Assembly (NCBI GenBank): GCA_039208735.1
Contig: JBCCQY010000182.1
Coordinates: forward strand, 1-17,935
Origin: Myxococcota bacterium
GTDB lineage: Bacteria > Myxococcota_A > UBA796 > GCA-2862545
DNA length: 17,935 bases
Direction of reading: 5' to 3'
Part shown: in pieces, positions 8,298-15,612 of the stretch
Layout of the letters: each line of letters opens with the position of its first letter
How positions within the stretch are numbered: the first letter of the stretch is position 1
Program-made: the position numbers and the translations under genes
The notes under the pieces: generated by a model
What the model was told of the DNA's origin: nothing
Databases searched by the model: none
What the model saw: only the letters and a program-made list of their open reading frames with translations

Positions 8298-9367
8298 GTG
8301 CGGATCTCCGCGCGACGACGCACCAAACCTGTGGCCACAAACCAAAAGGCGGCCACGATCGAAATCGCAAGAGCCGATGCGTCGAGCAGGGTGGCGAGGT
8401 GCATCTCGGCGAAACCAAGCCCGGCCGTGATGGTTGCGATGCCTGCGGCTCCGGCCACAATCCAACGGTCTGTGCCCTGAAGCCGGATGGCGTCGATCGC
8501 GAGGAGCGTCGCCAAGCCAAGCGGTAGCACGCCGGTCGCGAGGACCGAAAGGACGCCCGACGCGGGGCCGGCAAACCAGCCGGTCAGCACCAGGCCAGCG
8601 AACGCGCGGGGGACTGGGCTCATGAACCGCGATGACCCGCGCAGCCAGTGGGTGGCGGCGGCTACCAGAGCCATCCCCAGCGCTCCCGCGATGACGGGCT
8701 CCGCTACCGGAAAGGTCAGGCCTTCTTCGTACCGGTAGGCCGTCCAAATCACCGCGCCGAGCGTGCCGAGCAGTGCGGGTCCCACGGTGGCCCACCCCGC
8801 GCGGCGTGTGCCGGGTTGCCGATCGGGCGTGCCCAGGCCTAGGCCCCCCATCCACAATCCGGCCACCAGGGCTGGCGCAAGCACGTCGGTCGTGAGGCCC
8901 CATTGCGGAACCAATGCCGTCAAAGGCAGCGGGCCCCGCAAGAGTCCAACGGTCGCAAGCCCACCAAGGGCCAGAACCGCTGACAGTCCGAGGAGGGTGG
9001 GGGTTCGGGCGTCCCGATCCATCAACCACAGCGCAAGCAACCACCCGGCGAAGGTGACCGGTACGGCCTTCACAAGGGGCAGCGTCCCGAGTGCCGTAGC
9101 GGCGCCTCCCGCAAGGACGGCCAAGAGGAGCAAGTCTTGCAACCCAGCGTGCAAAACGGCGAGCGGCCCTTCAGGCAACGCGGGCGCCCGCCGCAAGGCC
9201 TGAACGGTGGGGCCTGCCACAAGAAGGCCCGCCGCTACAGCCACGAGCAACGTGACCAATCCGGCGGTCGACAACGTCGGAGGGACGACCGCGAGGGGTA
9301 CAACCAGGGCGAGGGCTACGCGATCAAGCCCCACGGCTCCCGGTCCCTCGAAGAGGCGTTCGATCAT
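8294..9367 (-). CDS. Polytopic membrane protein, possibly a highly diverged sodium-dependent (NSS/LeuT-fold) transporter
   Basis: Probable ATG 9367 (MIERLFEGPG), 19 bp after the minE stop; about 10-11 Ala/Leu/Gly-rich hydrophobic segments; weak NSS-like traces (LVPQWG..VLAPALVAGLWMGGLGLG; ATGVLPLGLATLLAI). Confidence 0.65.
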   Translation of the reverse strand: MIERLFEGPGAVGLDRVALALVVPLAVVPPTLSTAGLVTLLVAVAAGLLVAGPTVQALRRAPALPEGPLAVLHAGLQDLLLLAVLAGGAATALGTLPLVKAVPVTFAGWLLALWLMDRDARTPTLLGLSAVLALGGLATVGLLRGPLPLTALVPQWGLTTDVLAPALVAGLWMGGLGLGTPDRQPGTRRAGWATVGPALLGTLGAVIWTAYRYEEGLTFPVAEPVIAGALGMALVAAATHWLRGSSRFMSPVPRAFAGLVLTGWFAGPASGVLSVLATGVLPLGLATLLAIDAIRLQGTDRWIVAGAAGIATITAGLGFAEMHLATLLDASALAISIVAAFWFVATGLVRRRAEIRT

Positions 9368-9386
9368 GAGACGCGCGTAACGTGCA

Positions 9387-9674
9387 TCAGCGCGCGCGGT
9401 GGGGCATCCCTCGTACCGGGACGGAAGTATGCAAAACCACACTCGAGTCTAGCCGATCGAGCTGGAACCGGATTTCCTCGTCCGCCACGATCTCGCAGTA
9501 CCGTCCAATGACGCCGAGAATCTCGTCTTTCATGGCCTGCATCTGCGCGGGCGTGAGGTTGATCTGATCGTGGATCAAGACGACCTTGAGTCGCTGCTTC
9601 GCTTCGTCTTTGCTGGCGATGACGTCGCGGCTCCCGCCCATCGCCGTCGAGAGCTTCGCGATGAGCCCCATCAT
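9387..9674 (-). CDS. minE: Cell division topological specificity factor MinE
   Basis: N-terminal amphipathic helix, SKDEAKQRLKVVLIHD motif, MKDEILGVIGRY, C-terminal SVPV; immediately follows minD. Confidence 0.92.
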   Translation of the reverse strand: MMGLIAKLSTAMGGSRDVIASKDEAKQRLKVVLIHDQINLTPAQMQAMKDEILGVIGRYCEIVADEEIRFQLDRLDSSVVLHTSVPVRGMPHRAR

Positions 9675-10489
9675 CAGATGGCCTCCCGCGTGGTGGGCTG
9701 CAGGCCGATCCAGCGACGGACGGTCGCCCAGACCCCGCCTTGATGGTCCATGTCGGGAATGGGCACGTCGAGGCCCATGACGCGATCGGTGATGCGACGG
9801 TACGCCTGACCCACGGGCGACTTCTCCTCGAAAACCACGGGCATCCCGCGGTTAGTACTTACGATGATGTCGCCGTGGTCCGGCACGATCCCGATCAACG
9901 GGATGGCCAGGATCTCGAGGATGTCATCGCGGTTCATCATGTCGCCCTGCTCGACCATCGAGGACTTGTACCGGTTGATGATGAGGCTCGGCTCCGGCAG
10001 CTCATGGGCTTCGACGAGGCCAATGATGCGGTCGGCGTCCCGGATCGCCGACACTTCTGGCGTGGTCACGATGAGCGCCCGATCCGCGCCAGCGATGCTG
10101 TTGAGAAACCCCTGCTCAATGCCCGCGGGGCAGTCGATGATGACGTAGTCGTGGAATTCCTTCAGCTCTGAAACGATCCTTTGCATGTCGGCGGGGTTGA
10201 TCGACTGCTTGTCGCGGGTCTGCGCGGCGGGCAGCAGGTAAAGACCCTCCACCCGTTTGTCGCGGATCAGGGCCTGCTTGAGCCTGCATTCCCCTTCGAT
10301 GACCTGGACCAGGTCATAGACGATGCGGTTCTCAAGCCCCATCACAACGTCGAGGTTTCGCAGACCGATGTCCGCATCGACCACGGCGACGGTTTTGCCC
10401 GCGAGCGCGATTCCGGCGGCCAGATTGGCCGAGGTGGTCGTTTTTCCAACGCCCCCCTTTCCGGATGTCACGACGATGCACTCTGCCAT
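9674..10489 (-). CDS. minD: Septum site-determining ATPase MinD
   Basis: Deviant Walker A SGKGGVGKTT, DADIGLRNLD, IDCPAGIE, TTPEVSAIRDADR, C-terminal membrane-targeting helix GVWATVRRWIG. Confidence 0.97.
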   Translation of the reverse strand: MAECIVVTSGKGGVGKTTTSANLAAGIALAGKTVAVVDADIGLRNLDVVMGLENRIVYDLVQVIEGECRLKQALIRDKRVEGLYLLPAAQTRDKQSINPADMQRIVSELKEFHDYVIIDCPAGIEQGFLNSIAGADRALIVTTPEVSAIRDADRIIGLVEAHELPEPSLIINRYKSSMVEQGDMMNRDDILEILAIPLIGIVPDHGDIIVSTNRGMPVVFEEKSPVGQAYRRITDRVMGLDVPIPDMDHQGGVWATVRRWIGLQPTTREAI

Positions 10490-10534
10490 GTGTTCTCCAA
10501 GTAGGACCGCTGGGTCCGGTCCTCGAAGCGTGGT

Positions 10535-11365
10535 TCAACGCGGAATGCGGCCTTCGTAGGGGCGCACGCGGATAGTCTGATCCGAGACGGTGGCGAGCAT
10601 GGGGCTCGCATGGCCTGCGGGGGGAGTGGGTTCGACCGACAGGTGCCGGCCGATTCGAAGCTGGGTGGGCCGCATTGAGAACGCGACGATGAAGGCGGAC
10701 TCATCACCATGGGCGCCGGCATGGGCGACCCCTTTCAAAGCCCCAAGCACCACGACATGGCCCGTGGCGACGACTTGGGCCCCCGGATTGACATCGCCGT
10801 AGACGTAGACGTGTCCGTCGAAACGAACTTGCGAGCCCGATCGGAGGGTCCGAAACACGGGTAGCGCAGGACGTGAGCCGTCGGAGGGGTCGTGGATGGG
10901 TACAGGACCCAACTCGCCCAACTGGCGCTCTCGCACATCCGGAGGCTCCACCGCCACGGCCTGCAGTCCGGGCTCGTCATCAGATGCCCATCGGTCGAAC
11001 GCGGTGTCTGCTCCGCTGTCATCCACGTGCGTGTCGTCGTGGAAGAACAACTTCAACTTCAACTCGCGCTGGGCAAAGCGCACCACGTTCTCGTGCGACA
11101 GGTACAGGCCCGTCACCGTGATGCCGAACTCTTCTTCGAGCCCGTGCACGAGCCTGCGGACGTCGAACAGGACGAGGTCTCGATCGCCCATGTCGAGCCG
11201 TGCGGTGCGCCCCCCGATCGTATCGAGTTGGGGTGGAATGACACTACGCAGCCAGCGTCGCATGGGTTCGAAGGCCAGCCGATCCGGTAGCTTGAGGACC
11301 GGCACAGGACCGTCAAACCAGACGGTCAGCGAAGGAGGTGGAGTGACCGCAGCCGAGGTGGGCAT
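10535..11365 (-). CDS. minC: Septum site-determining protein MinC
   Basis: C-terminal beta-helix RTLRSGSQV..DGHVYVYGDVNPGAQVVATGHVVVLGALKGVAHAG..PTQLRIG; diverged N-terminal domain and acidic linker; upstream of minD. Confidence 0.9.
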   Translation of the reverse strand: MPTSAAVTPPPSLTVWFDGPVPVLKLPDRLAFEPMRRWLRSVIPPQLDTIGGRTARLDMGDRDLVLFDVRRLVHGLEEEFGITVTGLYLSHENVVRFAQRELKLKLFFHDDTHVDDSGADTAFDRWASDDEPGLQAVAVEPPDVRERQLGELGPVPIHDPSDGSRPALPVFRTLRSGSQVRFDGHVYVYGDVNPGAQVVATGHVVVLGALKGVAHAGAHGDESAFIVAFSMRPTQLRIGRHLSVEPTPPAGHASPMLATVSDQTIRVRPYEGRIPR

Positions 11366-11586
11366 GATGGGCTCATGGGCAGAGGGTCGAAAATACGAGC
11401 GGAGATGGCCTCCGCCCCTCGATCGCCTACCTCAGTCTTTGAGCTTCATCGAAGACAATCCACTCTGAATCCACCATACGGGTCAGAGTTGAGTGTCTTT
11501 TCCCTGCGGGCAAACCGGAAAACCACTCACTACGCTTCGGGCGGTTTCACAAGGTTTCAACTGGAAATGCGAATGATTGCGTACAA

Positions 11587-12036
11587 TCAGTAGTACGCGA
11601 CGATTTCCGGCAGCTGAGTGACAACTTCAAGGTCACCAAACTGATCCTCAACCACGAAGTCTACCGAATAATCCGCGTAGAAATCGGGAATCAGATTCGT
11701 GGATCGCACGAACCACTCGGACTCGAAGTCAAATGCGCCCCCAGGGGTGGCGAACAAATCGAAGCGGTCAACGATCTGGCCCGTGTAGTCATCGAACACT
11801 TCGGCAGACACGAACAGCGGATCGCCGTCAGCGTCGAACGCATCGGCGCGGAACAAGATCGTGTCGTAAAAGGGATCGGCGTCCAAGAAGATCGCGCTGT
11901 CCACCGCCAGGAAGCTGGGGGGCACGTTGATGCGGCCGCCACCACCACCGCCAACCACGACGCCTGCGGGGTCGTCGTAGATGATGCAACCAGTGGCAAG
12001 GGCAGAGACCGAGAGCAGAAGCAGGGCGATGCGCAT
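11587..12036 (-). CDS. Putative acidic lipoprotein of unknown function
   Basis: ATG 12036 with GAGGAG RBS; signal MRIALLLLSVSALATG-C (lipobox Cys17), Gly6 linker, Asp/Phe-rich beta domain with DADGD motif. Confidence 0.8.
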   Translation of the reverse strand: MRIALLLLSVSALATGCIIYDDPAGVVVGGGGGGRINVPPSFLAVDSAIFLDADPFYDTILFRADAFDADGDPLFVSAEVFDDYTGQIVDRFDLFATPGGAFDFESEWFVRSTNLIPDFYADYSVDFVVEDQFGDLEVVTQLPEIVAYY

Positions 12037-12057
12037 TGGTGCGGCTCCTCGATTCGT

Positions 12058-13245
12058 GTGACCAGTGGACGCACCCGTTTGTGGATTCATTCACTGGCCA
12101 AAGACGATCTGGTTGAAATTTCTCTCTCTCCTCCGGCGGCCGCTTCGATTCGCGGGGGCCATCCTTGGTTGTTTCGAGGATCGATGCCGGTGGTACCGGC
12201 GGGTCGAATCGTGAGGTTGCGCGCTCCCGAAGGCGACGTGGTGGGATGGGGACTCGCTGACGAAGGCGCCATCGCGGTGCGCGTCTTGGGACGGGACGAG
12301 CCGCGAGGGGTACCCGGCTTGCTTCGGGATCGGATCACTCGCGCCGATGCGGTTCGGGTAAGGCTTGTCGGACCCAACACCGATGCCTACCGGGTGGTGT
12401 CGGGCCCCGGAGACGGGCTGCCCGGGCTTGTCGTCGATCGGTACGGTGGCGTTGCGGTGCTGCGTCTCTACGCCAGCGCCTGGGTGCCCTACCTCGACGA
12501 CATCGTCGCAGTCCTAAAGGGGTTGCCCTGGGTCGAAAGTGTGTTTCGTCGCTATGGGGTGGGCCGGGTCGATGAGCGCGATGGCGGAGAGACCTTGGTG
12601 GGTCCTGAGGTGGGAGACCATCTTGTGGTGCACGAAGACGGCATGGCGCTCATCGCACGGCCCCACTCCGGTCAAAAAACCGGGTTGTTTCTCGACCAAA
12701 GAGAGCATCGGTCATTGGTCGGGCGCTGGGCCGCGGGACGTCTGGTGGTGAATCTCTTCGCCTACACCGGAGGGTTTTCGGTGGCTGCGGCGCGTGGCGG
12801 GGCCGCTCGCGTGACCACGGTGGATGTGGCTCCTGAAGCGATTGAAGACGCGAAGGAGAACTTCCGCCTCAATGGCTTTGACCCCGCAGAGCACGCTTTC
12901 GTGGTCGCGAATGTCTTCGACTGGACGCCGCAGGGACCGACGGACCTGCTCATTGTAGACCCGCCTTCACTCGCGAAAGCGAAACGAAACGAGGGGGCGG
13001 CTCGTTCGGCCTATCGTAAGCTGCATCGGCGACTTGGACCCTGGGTGGTGCGGGATGGCCTTCTTGCGACGAGCAGCTGTACGGCGCGACTGTCCATGCA
13101 GGCCTGGGCAGCGGCTGTCGAGGAGGGGCTCCGCCAAGGGGATTGGTCGTGGCATTGGCGAAGCGGGGGCCCTCCCGACCATCCCGTTGGCGCGGGGCAT
13201 CCCGAGGGGCACTACCTCAAGTTTGGTCTGCTGCGCCGTCGGTGA
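12058..13245 (+). CDS. rlmI: Class I SAM-dependent rRNA methyltransferase, RlmI (23S m5C1962) family; start codon uncertain
   Basis: PUA-like GHPWLF, AYRVV.G.GDGLPGLVVDRYG, GQKTGLFLDQRE, NLFAYTGGFS (SAM motif), DPPS and catalytic SSC, DHP..YLK. Confidence 0.88.
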   Translation: MTSGRTRLWIHSLAKDDLVEISLSPPAAASIRGGHPWLFRGSMPVVPAGRIVRLRAPEGDVVGWGLADEGAIAVRVLGRDEPRGVPGLLRDRITRADAVRVRLVGPNTDAYRVVSGPGDGLPGLVVDRYGGVAVLRLYASAWVPYLDDIVAVLKGLPWVESVFRRYGVGRVDERDGGETLVGPEVGDHLVVHEDGMALIARPHSGQKTGLFLDQREHRSLVGRWAAGRLVVNLFAYTGGFSVAAARGGAARVTTVDVAPEAIEDAKENFRLNGFDPAEHAFVVANVFDWTPQGPTDLLIVDPPSLAKAKRNEGAARSAYRKLHRRLGPWVVRDGLLATSSCTARLSMQAWAAAVEEGLRQGDWSWHWRSGGPPDHPVGAGHPEGHYLKFGLLRRR

Positions 13246-15418
13246 GCCTCGCGGCAAGTGCGGTGTGCCGGTCATCCTCGTTTTGCGTGCGAACCGCTCG
13301 GGTCCATGCGCGGGGACTACCCACGATGCACAAGAAGCGTTTGGCACGAGTGGAGGCGGTGTAGAAGAGGTTCCGCTTCAACATGATGCCGTGGCTGTGG
13401 TGCAACGCAAGAACGACGGCGGGGTACTCACTGCCTTGGCTCTTGTGGACCGTCATGGCGTAGGCCAGATCCAACATGTTGAGGTCATCGCGCTCCCACC
13501 GCACTACGCGACCGTCGAAATCGATCTCAAGGGCCCCTTTATGAAGGTCGCGAATGACCCCAACGTCGCCGTTGAAGACCTCGACGTCGTAGCGGTTTTT
13601 CGTGCACAACACCCGATCGCGCACCCGATACTCCCGATCGCCTCGTTTTAGGCCTTCCGACTTCGGGTTCAAGGTGGCCTGCAGCACCCGGTTGAGTTCT
13701 TGCGTGCCGAGTGGACCTCGTCGAGTGGGAGCCAGAACCTGGACATCCCTCAAGGCCTCGAAGCCCTTCGCGGGCAGCCGTTCGGCAACGATGCGTACGA
13801 TCGCGTCTCGCGCCCGTTGGGGGTCATCTCGCGCCACGCAAAACACATCGTCGGCCCCTGAGACCTCGCCTGAAATCGGGACCTCCCCGCGATGAATCCG
13901 CTGGGCGGCGTCGAGGATGCCCGAATCTTGAGCCTGTCGGTGGACGGTGGTGAGCCGAGCGACGTTGACGGCCCCCGCACTTACGATGTCGCGCAGGATT
14001 TGCCCCGGACCGACGCTGGGCAGCTGGTCCGCATCGCCCACCAACACCAATGCGAACTGCGGGCGGTCAACGGGGCACGCTTCGAGCAAGGCACACATCA
14101 ATTCAAGGTCGACCATCGACGCTTCGTCGACCACCACCACATCGGCCTCGAGCGGATGGGTCACCGTGCGTTGAAACCCGCCTTCGCCCGGATTGAATTC
14201 CAGCATGCGGTGGATGGTGCTTGCGGGCAGTCCCGTGGCCTCTTCGAGCCGTCGCGCGGCTCGTCCGGTGGGGGAGGCAAGCCTCACCTGCTGACCGCGT
14301 TCGGCGAAGGCGCGCAGCATGACTTTGAGCAAGGTCGTCTTGCCGGTGCCCGGCCCTCCGGTGACGACCGAGATGCCACCCTGTAGGCCGAGTTCCACCG
14401 CCTCCCGCTGTGACGGGTCTAGCGTCACGCCTTCGTAGCGTTCGGCGTCGGCAATCGCCTTTTCGACGTCGTCCATCGGCGTTGGGGGCCGGGCCGCCAG
14501 CGCAAGGAGGTCTTGAGCAATGCGGGCTTCACCAAAGAAAAGGGCGGCTCGCCATGCGCGTTCCGGCTCATTGACCACGTGGCCCGTGCCTTCAAGGGTG
14601 GCGAGTGCCTCATCGAGGTGGTCGGTCGGAACACTGAGGTCCGCGAGAAGCCGTGCCATCTCTGTGACGGGCAAAAAGCAATGGCCTTGCTGGTCGGCCG
14701 CCTGATCGAGGACGTAGACCGCTGCGGCTCGGACGCGGGCGGGATCGTCGGCGGGCAGGCCTTGCCGCTGGGCGAGTTGGTCGGCGGTGCGGAACCCGAC
14801 GCCACCGATCTGCTCGGCGAGTCGAAACGGTTGGGTGCGGACGATGTGCGCCGCCTGTTCGCCGTACCGCTCGCGAATGCGATCCGCGAGACGCTGCGAA
14901 AGCCCCAGCCCGCGCAGCAGCATCATCAGAGCCCGCCCCTCTTCGTCGGAGGACCAGGCATCCTGGATCGCCTCCGCACGCTGAGCCCCGATCCCATCGA
15001 TCTCGAGGAGCCGTTCCGGGGATTCCCGAATGATCTTCGGCAATTCGTGCCCGTAGGCTTCGACGAGCCGTTTGGCGAGCGCCGGGCCCAATCCCTTGAT
15101 CCCCGAAGAGGCGAGCCACAGTCGCATCCCGTCCAGCGTCTGAGGTGTGGATTCGAGCAATCCCACCACACGAAACTGACGACCGTGCACCGGATGGGTT
15201 TCGTAGCGGCCCTCGAGCGACACGAAGGTGCCCTCGCCTGACCCCCCGAGCGACGCGATGGGACCCACCGCGATGAGCGACATTTCCTCGACCGTCGTCA
15301 CCCTGACCACCGCATACCCGGAGTTTGGGGAAGCCCAAAGGACACGGTCAAGCCGACCTTCCACCCAGATGAGGCCAGCCCCGGGGACACCGTCAGTGGG
15401 GGGACGTTCGGGGAACAC
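13217..15418 (-). CDS. recD2: ATP-dependent RecD-like DNA helicase (RecD2, SF1B)
   Basis: N-terminal OB-like region and HhH repeats (GIKGLG, GIG, GVGFRTAD); GGPGTGKT, SPTGRAA, DEASM, GDADQLPSVGPG, HRQ, AYAMTVHKSQGSEY, YTASTRAK. GTG start. Confidence 0.95.
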   Translation of the reverse strand: MFPERPPTDGVPGAGLIWVEGRLDRVLWASPNSGYAVVRVTTVEEMSLIAVGPIASLGGSGEGTFVSLEGRYETHPVHGRQFRVVGLLESTPQTLDGMRLWLASSGIKGLGPALAKRLVEAYGHELPKIIRESPERLLEIDGIGAQRAEAIQDAWSSDEEGRALMMLLRGLGLSQRLADRIRERYGEQAAHIVRTQPFRLAEQIGGVGFRTADQLAQRQGLPADDPARVRAAAVYVLDQAADQQGHCFLPVTEMARLLADLSVPTDHLDEALATLEGTGHVVNEPERAWRAALFFGEARIAQDLLALAARPPTPMDDVEKAIADAERYEGVTLDPSQREAVELGLQGGISVVTGGPGTGKTTLLKVMLRAFAERGQQVRLASPTGRAARRLEEATGLPASTIHRMLEFNPGEGGFQRTVTHPLEADVVVVDEASMVDLELMCALLEACPVDRPQFALVLVGDADQLPSVGPGQILRDIVSAGAVNVARLTTVHRQAQDSGILDAAQRIHRGEVPISGEVSGADDVFCVARDDPQRARDAIVRIVAERLPAKGFEALRDVQVLAPTRRGPLGTQELNRVLQATLNPKSEGLKRGDREYRVRDRVLCTKNRYDVEVFNGDVGVIRDLHKGALEIDFDGRVVRWERDDLNMLDLAYAMTVHKSQGSEYPAVVLALHHSHGIMLKRNLFYTASTRAKRFLCIVGSPRAWTRAVRTQNEDDRHTALAARLTDGAADQT

Positions 15419-15439
15419 GCGACTCGCTCCACGCCGATT

Positions 15440-15456
15440 GAAAACGGCTGTTCAGG
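15440..15456. promoter_or_regulatory. Candidate LexA (SOS) box upstream of recD2
   Basis: GAAAACGGCTGTTCAGG contains AAAC-N4-GTTC (one mismatch from GAAC-N4-GTTC) and matches 14/17 positions of the Myxococcus LexA consensus CTRHAMRYBYGTTCAGS as recalled; 21 bp upstream of the recD2 start. Confidence 0.4.
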
Positions 15457-15612
15457 CTAACGCGGGGAGGTGCCCTATCGTCGAGCCGATTTCTGACCGC
15501 ATGGCGACGCCTCGCGTCGGTGATGCTCCATCGCAAGGACGAAGGATGGAAGTGGATCGCCAACTTGAGGTGTCGTTGGCGCGAACCACAATGTCGTTCG
15601 TCAGGCTTGGGG

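Noticed and set aside
2212..9442. Long N-terminal extensions in the ORF track for the permeases, protease, AIM24 copy 3, phosphoesterase and the two membrane-associated proteins
   Set aside because: They overlap upstream genes; downstream starts with RBS or ATGA coupling match the family N-termini.
11508..11545. GGGCAAACCGGAAA resembling the start of a c-di-GMP-I riboswitch
   Set aside because: The following GGGACGCAAAGC element and second stem are absent, and the orientation is antisense to minC.
11529..11560. TGAAAC...CGTA ECF-sigma promoter on the minus strand; TTGTGAA Rex half-site
   Set aside because: Spacers are 9 or 19 nt rather than 16-17, and the second Rex half-site is missing.
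7027..15418. Phosphoesterase, helicase and methyltransferase as an anti-phage defence system
   Set aside because: Each matches a housekeeping family (CpdA-like, RecD2, RlmI) and they are not co-operonic.
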